Program-made: the position numbers and the translations under genes | Source: Vicugna vicugna | Lineage: Eukaryota | Direction of reading: 5' to 3' | DNA length: 64,000 nt | NCBI GenBank assembly: GCA_013265495.1 | Contig: MU057484.1 | Coordinates: forward strand, 1 to 64,000 | Shown here: positions 1 through 13,479 of the stretch, in pieces | How positions within the stretch are numbered: position 1 is the stretch's first letter | Layout of the letters: each line of letters begins with the position of its first letter | Notes under the pieces: model-generated | Databases searched by the model: none | What the model was told of the DNA's origin: nothing | The model's input: only the letters and a program-made list of their open reading frames with translations

Positions 1-865
1 GACCTTACAATGGGGAATAGAACTTTCAAAAAAAAAAAAAAATAAGGAAAAGAAATGACAGATTGCCAGCCTCCAACTAATACCCCAGCCAGGTTTATAT
101 ACTTACAAAACTTACAACATTAATTGGGAATTAGAAAAAACCACTCACTCTGAAAGTAACTAACCAGGCCTGATAAAAACAGTTTTTGGAATTCTGAACT
201 TATAAAAAAAAGTCCCCTTTAGGGGGAACATGGATTTCTCTTCGTGTGTCCTTGAAATTTAAACGTTTTATCTTTCTCTGGGTATTTTATGTTTGTGTAT
301 GTATGTATATGTGTGTTTCCTTTTTTTTTTAAAGGAAACCTTGGACTGTGCCATAGAAAAGGTACAAGTATTGTGTACATATGGTGGCCACGCAAATAAA
401 TTGGGATTCTCAACAATCCTTTGATTGTACCAATTTTCAGACATTTTGCCATCTTAACCTTTGTTGCATCAGCCTGAGCCATAAAGGCCTTTAGCTTTTG
501 GAGAGTAAATTAAAAGCTACATTTGTGTCTTTCCTTTGTGATCAATGGTTTTAGAGATGCTAATAAAAACTTAAAATAATTAATGTTAATTAGTTTGAAT
601 AACTGGAAAAATGGTTGTAAAAATGTCAAAAAAATGAAAAAGATAAGGGGCTTATCCCAAATGGATAAATATTTTTATATGGTTATTTTGAATGAGATAA
701 ATAAAATGGACATTTTTGGATTTAGATACAAGGTTTTGATAATATAATACATAAAGTTAAAAAAAAAGGGCCAAAGAGATCATCTACTACTCCCAAAATT
801 AAAGTTCAAACAAGTCCGTTTTATTTACCACAGTTTAAAATATATGTATTTATTGGGCTAAAAAA

Positions 866-972
866 AGAATATATATATTGTATACATAATCTATATATAT
901 ATATGTATATATAGAGAGACTATTATATATATATATATATAGATATAGATATATAGATATATAGATATATAG
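866..972. repeat. (TA)n/(TAGATA)n compound microsatellite
   Basis: Runs of tatata and atagat units visible directly. Confidence 0.9.
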
Positions 973-3900
973 ACTGAAATACTTGATCAATTATTGGGAC
1001 AACAGACCAGTTAATCAAATTAAAAATTGAGAAGTGCCTAAGCTCTTTGTCTCAAACTTGTGGATTCCAGAGACTTTTCTATAAAATTAGATACAATGCA
1101 CAAAAAAAAAAAAAAAGGCTCTGGCACTCCTTCTAGAAATAAGAATTATTGATTAAACCTAATAAATATAAAAATTAAAGGTATAAGATTTAATAAAATT
1201 GAGATAAAAATTTGTAAATTTGGTGTACGTTAATGGGATTTATATGAAACTTTTGCTTAAATATGTTATGGGATAGATATGTTTCAAAGGAAAAACGCTT
1301 CCCCTTCTTGGTATTATAAGGCTGGGCACATATCTGCCCCTCAGAAAATATTAATTGAACAAAGTAAAGGCAACCAATAGAGTTACTGTAGCCGACCAAT
1401 ATAACGTAAAAGTAAAATCTAATATTCAGTGGCTAATAAAAAAATATAATAAGAGGTTTACCCTGGGTTTAACTTATAACTCAAGGAAAAGAGACCTTTC
1501 TAAATGCCTTATGCAAGCTTTGGAAGACAAGATAAAGTAAACCTTAAAGTTTTAAAACATGAATTTCTTTGTTTACAGCTCTTCTCACTGATACAAAAAA
1601 GTAAATTTAGGAGATAACAATTGGGCCTGGGTGACAGAGCAGTTCTTTGGGGAACTGGAAGCCTGTATCTTTGTCTTGCAGATCAGAAATGTAAATACAG
1701 CAAACAGTGACCTAAGACTGAGCCTAATTAGCTCAAGGAGATAAAACTTAAGGCCAAAGAAATTTTTGGCATTTTAGAACTCAGAACCCCGACGGGTCCT
1801 TCAGACTTTGTCAACAAATCTTAAATGTTTCATAACATTTCATAAAGGGCTGTTTCATAAATAGTAAGCCGTAGTGATTTGAGCAGGCAAATTCAACTTA
1901 CTCCAACTATTATTATACCTATCTTACAAGTAAGTTTTAAAGTGAAACTATAAGATTTCTAGCTTTTGTCTGTTTATATGCCTGCATACACATTATAGAT
2001 GTGAGATATTTCAACAGCTAAAAAAAAAAAAATCAAAGTCAAAGAACTCTGTTTAATTGACATAAAAAATAAGACCTTAAAAATGAAGTATTTTTAAGAT
2101 AAAAACTGACCAAATTTTCCTTCAGCTTCACATGAACTGGAAAATATTCAATATTAAGATAATATTTGATATTGTTTAGTTTAAGTATCTTCTAATTAAT
2201 ATAGACATCTTTAAAGTCATCAATATTAAGTATGATACCTTTACTGTGCCTAGCTTTAACGAAAGGCAAATAAGATCCTGTTATATGTATTGCAGATTTG
2301 TCAAGAAAAAAATATAGTAATGTGGTGTGGTAAAATTTTAAGTAAATTAAATGCAAATGAGATGAGAGCTTTGGGTAAATTTTTAAAATATATTTTTAAA
2401 ATGTATGCTTAAGATAATCTCTAAATGTTTGGTATGTTTAAATTCTAGAGTTATGCTAAATTAAGTTAAATGATAGGATTTTATTAAATAGCTGTGACAT
2501 TTTCAGATAAAATAAGATTGAAATATGAATTACTTAACATTTAATTTCCTCTTACAGAGAAACTAAAGTGTTTAAAAACATTAATAAATGGTTGGTGCCA
2601 CCCTGAAATAGTCTCTATTATTAAGGGAATGATCTCAGTATCCTAGGAAAGTAAGATAAATTTGTAAAGGAAGATATAAGAATGGAATTATATTTTGTTA
2701 ATTAAAAAATAGTGACTTTCTCCTGAAGCTGGTTACTTCTGAATGGAAGAGAAAATAAGGGACGCACTAATATGAGTATAGATAGCTGTGGAATGCTTGT
2801 GGAAGAGGAACCCTGAGGAAAGTGTTTTGTACGTGGTCGGAATTGGCTAAGTTTAGAATCAACTCGGGCAAAGTAAATGAATCTTAGAAGTAAACAGGTA
2901 CAAGACTAAATTTGGTTTTCTCTCTGTTAAAAGGACAAAATTTTCTTAAAATTTTAATCCACCTTCACTAACAAATTGTAAAATTCTTATACCACTTAAC
3001 TGATCTGTTCTGCCTTTACCTTTGACGTATTTTCTTGTTAATGAATAAGTAATACTTCACAGTGATCTATATGTATATCTGACCAAGTGTTTTGAAAACT
3101 ATTAACAAGCTCCCCAAATATCAATTTCTAATTAAAGTTCTTTTACTCACCAGTTAAGTTTGGGATGATACAGAGGGCCCCTGAAACATCCCAAAGAGAG
3201 ATTTAAAGTAGTAATTTTCATTTGGCATGTTAAATAACATGGTATTGTCAAATGAATAATAAATCTTCTAAGGTTATATTGTATGAGAAAATATTATTAA
3301 TATAGATATTCTAGAAATTATATGGACTCCATAAAATTCTGGTATATCTGAAAAGTTACCAGTCATAATTCTGGTTATTGTGACCAGGCTTCTTTATCAA
3401 TTATAGTGTAACGGTGTTTAACCATGCTGTTAAATCTTTTGTCATTTATAGACAGTTAATTGTTTTCTTCTGATGATTTTGCAAAATGCTTTCTCTTCAA
3501 GGAGATTTTCTGATTTCTAATAAATTTCAAACTATAGCACTGAATTAAACTGGGTAAGAAATTTTAAACGTCTAATGTAAACTGTGATTAAAAGAATTAG
3601 TTACATTGGATGGAGTAAACAGATGAATATGGTTATAATTTTTTATTTTGTTTGAAATACTACTAGCTTTTAACCTGTTTCCCAGACATAAAGAAAATCT
3701 TCTCCTTAAGCTAGTTAAGATTCATAGCAATTTGATAAATTATACCTATGTAAACAGAGTTGGAACAGTTATCTTTTCCCTCTATCTGATCCCTCCAGAG
3801 ACTGGAAACTCTTAGGACCCCAGAGGCTCTATCAGATAAATTAGGAAAATCATCTCCTAACAGATATAGGAATCTCAAGGTATTTTAAGGATTTTAAAGA

Positions 3901-4319
3901 GAACAGAATTTACCTAAATCTGTAAGGCAGAAATCTATGACTAGCCCCTGACGTGGCTTTCCTGGCCTTAGAAAACCTTATTAACATTCTACCATGAGAC
4001 TCCTTATTAAAAGTTCCAACACAGCCAATTTAAAAATGCCTATATGATCAAATAATCAGACTTAACTTGTAAACTAATTAATCTTGATTTGGCTATATTT
4101 GAGAAAAATGAGGGTAACTTTAGAGAGAAAAAAGTTTATATCTTAGTGGATATTAAATGCTAGTTTTGTAAATTGAGGTCTATATTTACTAAGACACTTC
4201 CCAGATCATTCCTTGCTGTTATGTCACATTGCTGTAAAGTTTAATTGAATTATGAAAAGGATACTCTAGGTTTGTTTCTTAAGCTCAGTAATCTATCCTT
4301 GGGTAAAGTTCCAATGCCC

Positions 4320-4465
4320 CATGACCTGCAGCCAGGGGATTATACATACTGGAACAGGCATGACTTAAACAACTGTCTCCAACCTGAATGGAAGGACCCT
4401 TTATCAGGCACTCTTAACTAGACCATACACACCAAAGCTGAAGGAAATGGATTTTGGATACATTT
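4320..4465 (+). pseudogene. ERV integrase C-terminal (GPY/F module) remnant
   Basis: Translates HDLQPGDYTYWNRHDLNNCLQPEWKDP/(frameshift)YQALLTRPY, matching the gammaretroviral-type 'QPGD.V..K....L.P.WKGPY.VLLT' motif. Confidence 0.75.
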
Positions 4466-5377
4466 CCTATCAGAAACAGACCCTGCAGTGCACTGGCCTA
4501 TAGAGCACTGCTCACCTTAAAACAATGCCCAAATGGAGAAAAAGCTACCAGACCAGGATGAGAAGAAGACGACATCTGAGGCAGACAGCTGACCCAAGAC
4601 ACTGGACCACGCCTGTATACAAATTACTTTGATAATTTCTCCTACCTTTGATTATGAACTACTCCAATTGTTAAGTTCATGATAAATTACCTATGTCTAG
4701 TACTTCTGTGTTACCTTGGTGGGTTTCCCTACTCCAAGGCTCTAACTAGATAACGTCAGAAACATTATTTTAAAAAGAAATTATAGTTCTGTTTAGGCCA
4801 CTGTTGATCTTACAAGGTGGGAGACTGCACCTGGCCAATTAATACCTGCTCTGACCCTGACCATAAATATGAAATTTCTCATAAGATCACTCAAACTCAA
4901 TCAGAAATACAAGCAAAATTTTAACCCAAAAATATAACTTGTCGACTATTAAATTCTTACTCGTTACTTTATTAACGTTACCAGCTGTATTAGTTATATC
5001 CTGTCTATTTTATAAAATTGTTGTCTGTTACATTTCCCAATGTGTAACTAGGCCTACAAGATTGATGATAGCTAAACATCTTGAAGAAATAGAGAAAATT
5101 TATAACCCTGTATAAAATAATTGTAATAGTGTGATTCTAGGTATGGGAATGAGCAATGAAGGGTGAACATTTCCTGGATCATAATAGACTAGTAATACAG
5201 GAGATCCAGAGAACTTTTAGTGTCAACATGGCCTGATAAAGAAACCTAACACCTTGAATGCCAGCTCAGAAGATTCTTCACCTGAACTAGGAATGAGCCA
5301 TCCTAGCACCGTGTGACAAAATTGGTCATGAAATGTCTCTCAAAATATTGGTCAAATTTAGGACCAAGGGGGAGCAC

Positions 5378-5864
5378 TGTGAACGAAAATACTACAATGT
5401 GAATGAAAATACTGCAACCATGACTGTAAACAAAGAATGCAGAAACCAAGTCATCAGTGGCTGATGCCACCCCCCAGTGAGGACAAGCCTGCAGCCCAGC
5501 CTCTCAGCCACTCACAGTGGTGCCCTCTGAGCGGACTCAGAATAAGAAAGGACAGGATACTGGCCCTAGATAGCTAGGTGCGTGTCAAAGGAATGAATTC
5601 AATGACCCAAATGTTTGCTTCCTCCCATACATAGAAAAGCACTAAATTCTTAAACTTGAAATACCTGGCTTTCTTTAGATAACAAGCAATCTTTTATTGT
5701 TCCAACTACCTGGTCTTTGTTGTAAAGCTCCTATATATCCTAGCTCCTCCCCTACCTCTTGGGAGCAGTCCCTCAGAGTGATCCTAGGGGCTGTGATCCC
5801 GGCTCCAGTCCTCCCGCCAAATAAAACATAACTTAACTTTTAGGCTGAACATTTATTTCAATCA
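5378..5864 (+). mobile_element. 3' LTR of the ERV
   Basis: Starts TG after the PPT, TATA-like ctatatat at ~5731, AATAAA at 5819-5824, ends ...ttcaatca. The first 20 bp are tandemly duplicated (5378-5397/5398-5417). Confidence 0.8.
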
Positions 5865-6583
5865 AGTGCCAGAATAGACATAACTCATCAATTCTGTAAT
5901 GGAACACACTGAATCAGGAACCAAAAGTGTGTTCTAGTCCCGACAAACTATGGGTTCCTCTTTCTTCCTACCATTATACAATCCCACCAGAACTCATTAC
6001 AGTGCTGTCTGCTCATGTGGTAACCAAACTCAGAGAAGAGTCAACTCAACAGAGCGCTGTGCTGGGGAGAACACCCCGCAGCAGCACGGCGGTCTGCCTG
6101 CCCTCCCGCACGCTCCGCTGACCCCTAGTGTCCTCCGTGGAGACCAGGCCAACAGAGCTGTTCCCAACAGCTGCAAAGTCCCACACATTAAATAAAAGCA
6201 TTATATTTTATACGATATGTTACGTATATACCCATCTCTGAAAACAGCTTTGCCAGAAGCCCACATCTTCAACATTAATCTGCAAAATCAAATCCGGTCC
6301 CCAAGGGAAAGCAAGTCTTAAGACAATGCTAAGGCCTCCAAAGTCCTCTCCATGACCGTAAAGCAAATTGCCTGCAGGTCTCCAGCCGCAGGTGGCTACA
6401 GGTCTGCTTTTAAAGCAACCCCATTCTGCCCTCGGGCGCTACAATCTCCCTCTACGCCCTACCATCTCACGGTAAGTGCAGCCGCTGCAGAACCCTGCGT
6501 GGCAGCACGGACACGACTGGACCAAGAGGATTAGAGCTAAACTAAGCCTTCTGATGACACGAGCTTGTCACTCTGTCACTTTA

Positions 6584-6637
6584 TTTTTTTTTAACATTTT
6601 TTATTGATTTATAATCAATTTACAATATTGTGTCTCG
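6584..6637 (-). mobile_element. Extremely 5'-truncated L1 3' tail with target-site duplication
   Basis: Reverse strand reads acacaatattgtaaattgattataaatcaataaaaaatgttaaaaaaaaa. Flanked by gtcacttta at 6575-6583 and 6638-6646. Confidence 0.75.
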
Positions 6638-9165
6638 GTCACTTTACAGATGAAGATATATATATATAGACAGGTGGGGTGAACTTGCTCAGTCACACAG
6701 CTAATAAGTGGCAAAGTCTATAGCTCTGTTGCTCCCTCCAGCGTGACTCCCCAGCTGGGATGCCCACAGGATTCTCTTGTGCCTGCCTGACCAGTCTTTT
6801 CCTGTCACTCATAACCCACCAGAGGGTCTACCCTAGCCTGCCTTTTTCAGCATCTTTTCCCTCCAGTCTCTCAGGAACAAGGCTGCTCAGGCCACTGTAT
6901 GACTTCCGGCTTCCCAAACCCTCCGTGATCAGGTTAGTCTTGCCTATGCATTCGGCCCCCTGTTCAGAGGCTCTTCCTTCCCTGCAGGAGGATGTTTCCA
7001 CTCTCCGCAGGGACACCAACTCAGGGGAGGGAGCCCTCTTTTCCCCTTCAGCACGGCAGGTGTCCCAGGCCACATACCGAGCTGCCCCATTAGGACTGCG
7101 GGTGCCCAAGTCTCCTAATAAGGACATCAGCTTCAGAATCAGGAATTATGCCTGGGTAACCCTGCAAACCTACTGCCCGCCTCACAGCCAACAGCCAGCA
7201 GGTCACCTGGAAGTCACAGCAATTGCCCCGCCCAATCCAGAAGGCTCTTCATTTGCCAGCACCGCTGATGACTGGTTTCCAACCTTTAGTCAGTTTCACA
7301 CAAAACAGCACCTTCCACTGTGAAGCGGGGGTCTTTTGCTCCTGCACCCCATCCTTACTGGAAACATCAAAGGAAACCAAAAGGCCTTTTCTCAAACCTT
7401 TTCTGATGACACCCTCCCACGAACAATACTCACATGCTCAAGAGCTTTGGGTCCACTTGATTTTGTTTCGTTTACACTAAGTGGCTCAAAACACTGTGGG
7501 ATTTTTTCTCTTTTGAGGTTATTTGTACTCAGTTTATCGGCTTTACTCTGTTTTTGTCTCTCCCTTCAGTATCCCTAGCAGTTTCCAATTCTTACTACCT
7601 TCAGTAGCCTCCCTCCCAACATCTAGTCTAGGAAATCAGCTGTGATGAGGGGCCCGGGGGCAGTCACAGAAGATGGAACTAAGGCACAGAGAGGCTACAT
7701 AATTTGCCCAAGGAGATCAGCTTCAACCCCCAACAGTGTGTGTCACGTCCTTCTGTTTTACTCTTATGCTAAGCAAGCTAACTTTTTGTAGAATATGGAT
7801 ATAAACAGATGAGGTATCGAAATACATATAAAGACACACATCAACCCTAAGTAGTTCATTAACTCCACTATTTTGTTTCTATTTATATTATTTCTATTAA
7901 AATAATTAAGAACCTCTGCAGTGAATATAGCAAAATGTTACTGGGTTTTAAATCCAGAATACAGCGGTGTTAAGTGTGTCATTACTCATATTTATTTGTA
8001 TGTTCACAAGACAAAATGATTTGAAAGTCTCTCTCCCCTCCTTCTACAGTCTCCCAGCAGAGCTCCCAGACCACACATCTAACAGCCTTTCACTTTACCC
8101 ACAGCTGAACTCATCACTATTTCCCCAGAATTCCCTCTGCAGATTTCCCTCCTCAGAGTACAGCAGGACCATCCTTTACCTCATTAATCCACCCACAAAC
8201 CTGGGTCTTACTCTATCCTACCTTCACAGACAGCATTCATCCTTTCCTTTTTACCATCTAAACATGCCTTCAATCTGTTCGCTTTTACCCACTGACCGTC
8301 CCACCGCTCAAGTGGAAGCCACTGCCCACCTGGACTCACGAGTCTCCCAAGTGGCCCCATAGCCGCTCTCCCCTACTTGAGACAAATGGGATTGTGTAAC
8401 TCCCGCGCTTTTAGGACTCTTTTCAAACCCACTGTTCTTAGAAAAAACACCAAGTTCTTCACCTGGTGAAGGTTTTTGCCATGAAACTGTCGGATCAGGG
8501 AGGGCAGGACCCTCCCTCTCCCCTCGGCCCCGCCCTCTGGCAGAGCATCAGCTTTGGAGGACCTGGTGAGATGCACCAGCCTGTATTCTAAACCTGGTCT
8601 TGAGTTCTTAGCAAATTGCTTCACTTATCCATACAAATCCAAGGTAGATTAAAAAGATTTTAGATGTTGAGCTAGACTATTGATTTGGGGATTTTGCACT
8701 AGCAACCTGCAAGTACATGTTCTAATGATTCTGTATTCTTAAAACCACACCCAGATTTAAGTAGTATCTGTGGAATGTCGTCGGAGTAAAAGGGACTGTA
8801 CTTTTACAGACTTTATGTCTTATAACATGAACAACCCGGACAGGGTCACAAATGGAACCACCTCACAATTGACACAAGACATGTGAGAGGCATATAGCAA
8901 CAGGTCACAAAGATGGTAAGACTGAAGTTGTTTCTCCAACCCCCGAAAAAATTCCTCAAAGAACCAAAAACTCTGAATTTTGAAAGTAAAATACTATAAT
9001 ATAAAGAAATAAAATAAATAATCCTCTTCATCAGGGTTTTTAAGATCTGACTCCAGAATTTTTATCATGCCATACTGAATCCTAGCACAGAAAAATCAGA
9101 TGGACTAGAGGTAAGTTCCAGGAAAACCGCAGTAATTCCTCCACTTTTAAAGGACATACACTCAC

Positions 9166-9289
9166 CTGTCGAAGGTGAATGTAAACCGCATTCTGGAGAA
9201 ATTCGGGAGCTTCTAGGCTCCGCTTCTGGATGGCAAGGACACGGACAGCTTTTAAGCATGCTTCTAACTGAGTCACAGGCATTCTTACA
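9166..9289 (-). pseudogene. TRAPPC9: TRAPPC9 pseudogene exon 7
   Basis: ctgcag|TGTAAGAATGCC...CTTCGACAG|gtgagt. Encodes CKNA/(2-bp deletion)[37 protein letters not shown] versus recalled TRAPPC9 [42 protein letters not shown]. 124 nt versus 126 expected. Confidence 0.93.
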
Positions 9290-10433
9290 CTGCAGGGTGA
9301 AACGGAGGCTCTCAGTGAAGAGCAGAGATGTTCCTGTCGTGTCTCACAGGCCGTGCCTCGGGGACTCAGTGCCCTACAGCAGCCTGGCACCGGACGAGGA
9401 TCCTCAGTGTGGCCAAACCAAGCAGGAGGGGCACTGTGCTTGAGAAAGCCCATCCCCGATGGGGGCAAGAGGGGCTGGTGGGGTTGTGTGAACGTATAAA
9501 TGCTCACAGAAATACACCTGTATACATTCAAGTGATACAATCAACAGTAGCAGGGTATTTAACAAAATTTCAATTGTCAGTGGAAATTTTACCATTCCTT
9601 TCCGCTTGTCCCCTGCACTCTGAGACAGGCTTAGGCTCTCTCACACCTGCAGCTCTGATGCAATAGTTGTGAAGTCATTTTACTTTGCTGCACTTCTCTC
9701 CCCGTGTCGCTGTGACTGTCGTCTCTTAACACAGTCAGATGTCTTCCTGGATCTCTCCCTGAGTTCCTTGCTCCTGTTTCTCAGATCCTAAGATAAAGTG
9801 AAGACACAGGACCAGAAAAGACACTGTGGACTGACCAAAGTCCTCAGTGACCCCCTAGGTGAGTGCTGCCCACAACTTACCTTCAGTTCTCAAGTTTCTG
9901 CCCAGGGTGATATCCAGACTGGAGAGAGTCCTGAGCCAATTAAAAGCTGTGTGGTTTGGGTGCAGGGACAGGTGCAGGAGCTGGTTCCAGAGCCGGGCCC
10001 CTCCACACCTCTGCCCCTCTCTCTCCCGAGGCCCCGCTGCCAAGCCCCCAGGCTCTCTGATATTCTGCATTTCTCTTCCACTCTACTCCAAGGCCTTTTC
10101 CTCTTGCTTTATTCCCTAATTATCCCCAGGTGGAGTGATTTTTCATCACAGTATCTGAAAAAATTTCCTGCAGCTGAAAAAGAGGTCTCCAAAAGTCAAT
10201 GCCCATATGCTGGTTCCTGAAGACAGCCCCTGGTTAAGGGGACCCTCACCAACACTCATGGGGCATCAGACATGTTGCAGGGTCGACTACCCCAACAAGA
10301 GTTTGCTGTGACCCCCAAGGCACGCACAACATCCCTGCTCACAAAAATGTAGTTGGCCCACTTACTGTTACTAAGAAGCAAAAATTAAAAAATTGTTCAT
10401 GTTTCTTACTAAGATTATTTATGAGGTGGAAAT

Positions 10434-10970
10434 TGTAATAGAAAAGAACAAATTTGACTCCATGTTAGATGTGATGTGTTCCTTTTAAAACTGTGCCCAG
10501 TTTTCTAGGCTCAGACTTGCTATCTCTGCACCTTTTGTGAAAGAAAGTTGCCTTTAGCCTGAAATATCAAGGAGAGCCTATTCTCCGGGCTCTGATCTTT
10601 AAGGATGTTAGTTCTTCTGCACTTATGTAGAGATGGCAACTTGCAAAATAGAGAATAACCTTTGTTTTTCTGGAGGTTTTACAGGGGAACCATGATTTGA
10701 CCCACAAGGACAGCTGTAAGATGAAAGGATTCCAAGGACAAAAAATTCGTACAGCAAGAACTTTGAAACAACCAACCACACCCCAGCCCCTTTTTAGAAT
10801 AATAGGAGACTGAATTCTGATTGGGGAAGAGGGTCCTCCAGGATATCAGTATGCCATATTCTGGGTCTGTCAGCTTTTTAAATAAAGTCACTATTCCTTG
10901 CTCCAACACTTCATCTCCCAATTTATTGGCCTGTCATTCAGCAAGCAGAACGAGTTTGGACTTGGTAACA
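10434..10970 (+). mobile_element. ERV1-type solo LTR
   Basis: TGTAATAG...GGTAACA termini, AATAAA at ~10881, 4-bp TSD aaat (10430-10433/10971-10974). Related copies at 46578 and 47717. Confidence 0.85.
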
Positions 10971-13479
10971 AAATGACTGCATTGGAGGTAGTATGTCTCC
11001 TCTGTTTCCTCATTTCCATTATGTCACAACCTATCAATTTTATATGCTGTTTAACAACACAACCAAAATACCTATCACAGGGAATTGATTCCATGGAAAT
11101 AAAATTATTTCAACTCCTTCAAAACTTTTTCTTTTCTTTTCTATTTTATTTTGTTTTGCTTATTGAAAAGAAAATAAAACTCAAATCATTTTATTTCACG
11201 TATTTTTGTTATAGCTACATATTTTAAATACTACAAAGAGATTTAAATTGAATTGAAAAAATTGTTCATATATTACTATAAAGATATATACACAATCACT
11301 GCGGATTAGGAAAGGAATGGATATTTACTAAAAATCCACTGCACAACCAGTCTTTTACAAGCGTATCCTGGAATATAAGCTCTATGATCCAGGGGTCCCC
11401 AACCCCCATTCTCACTGCCGAGTCTCTTAGTAATCAACTTCCAAGGCACCAGCATAGAACCACGCAGTCAGAATTTTAGGTATAAATGAGTGAATTAGCT
11501 CATTCAATTCTAAAACAAAAAAACGTAAAATAAATACTGAACTTATTTACAAAGAAAATTGGACACAAAAAATGACAGTTTCTTCTCCAAGGTCACAAAG
11601 CTAATAACTGGTAAAGGCAAGATTTGAACTCATCTGCCTGATTCTAAAAACTAAGGTGGAAGTCCCATTCGACTGTGGAGGGTCCAGCAGCAGAGCCTAT
11701 CACCCCATCTTTGTTCAGATCTAGCCTTAGACAGCCTGAGACAGCACCCCATTCCTTCGGAACTCGAGGGCAAATGATAACAATAAGGATTTTATATCCA
11801 GTAGTTTCTTAGGTCTCATTTATATAAAGTGTCAGCAGGTCAGCAGAAAAACTGGGAAATATGAGTGGGTCCAGAGCTTTTTGCTGATTAGACACTCAGT
11901 CTATCAGGACAGAGTGACCTTCCCATGAGAGGCCACATGGACATAAACTAAAGGCAGCTGAGCAATGAAAATTAGCAAGACCCTGTAACCCAAGAAAGAA
12001 GGATCCCTGCCATCCCCCACCCAGTTGCCTCTTCACCCGTGTGGACACAATGGTAGAAGACCCAGGTTTTTGTCCAAGTTACTCTATCATGGATTCTCAC
12101 CCATAAAAAGTTACGACTCTATGCTGTCTTAAGTCCTTTCCAACTCAAATATGATGACACCAATTTCTCAGCAGAATGTCTATGTCTCCACGTACTGTCT
12201 TCAATTAGGAGAATATTTCTATGGCCACAAAGCAGAAATCCAATTAAAAACAACATGCATGAAGTCAGGTGAAAATCTGCATAAAAGACTTTGCTCTCAC
12301 GCTCAGTGAATGAAAACTCAGAAAAAGCGGTCTTTCTTCCTCAGCAAGTGGGAGGTAGCCTGATTGTGTGTGTGTGTGTGTGCACGCATGTGTGTGTGTA
12401 AATCAAATACAATGAATTCTGGGATGTGTACAGATTTTTTTTTAAGTTACTGTCATTTCATGAGGATGAGACAATTTTTAAAGAAATATGAATCTAGTGT
12501 TTTAAGAGAGTCTCAGGCTCTTTTGGTGGAGGAGGGAAAAGGTGAAAGGAAAGGAGGAAAGAAGTAAGTGAAGCAAAGGAGTAAGAATACTGCTTGGGAA
12601 AGTCAAGACATTAATTTTGTTCCTACTTACATCACACAAAAATTAGGGACTGGCTTTCCCCCATGTCTTGTCAAGCAGTGAGTTGCAGAAGAAGAGGTGA
12701 CAGCCCATTTCTCACTGAGCTTGTGACTGTACGTGGCATCTTATAGACACAAATCATTTACCCTGATCAAACACTCTAGCAGCAGGACGTAATTCTCCTA
12801 TTTTGAGAGACAAGAAAACAGGAGTTCAAAGAGGATATATAACTTGACAAAAGTCAGAGGACTAGTAAACAAGAGAGGATGAATTCAAACTCAAATCTGA
12901 ATGCAGAGTCTGATCTTCCCAATCCCAGGACTGGAAAAATCCTTAACACACAGGCTCCCCAGCTCCCCTGCAGTGTTCCTGGCACAAAGCATTTCCCATG
13001 GCGATGGCCTCCAGTTCTCACAGACGCAGTGCTCTGTGCAGCCAATTACCTCCATCGGACCTTGATCATCTACATGCCACTCCCACCAGGCTTCACCATA
13101 AAGGCAGGAAAGCTGGCTTTCAAGTGCATACAAAGACATCCCTTGTCTAACCTGGGCTCTTCTGTGGCTTCTCCAGCTGAAAAGCAGCCATGAAGCTGCT
13201 CACAGTTTGTACATGAGCCACACTACCTCTCTCCATCTTTCTCCCCACCTGTACTACTTAGCTATGACCATTTTGAGAATCTTGGAAACAAATTTTTAAA
13301 AACAGAAAAGAAAGGATTCAAGAACAAGTACTTAATACTTACAATTTTAAATGACAAGTTACAAAGTGAATATTTACAAACTGAATCTGCCATCCTAGGT
13401 GTCAGTTTAAACAGTTAAAAAATATAATACTAAAAAATTCTCACTCACAAAATTGAAAAATCATCAACAATAATAATTA

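Larger units (their letters stand above)
1..5377 (+). mobile_element. Degenerate, AT-rich ERV internal region (ERV1/class I-like, non-coding), 5' end outside the window
   Basis: Ends in a polypurine tract (gaccaagggggagcac) directly before an LTR starting TG at 5378. Contains an integrase C-terminal remnant at 4320-4465. No long ORFs. Confidence 0.75.

Noticed and set aside
6760..7323. 187-aa ORF
   Set aside because: No recognisable homology or exon context; lies antisense within intron 7 of the TRAPPC9 copy.
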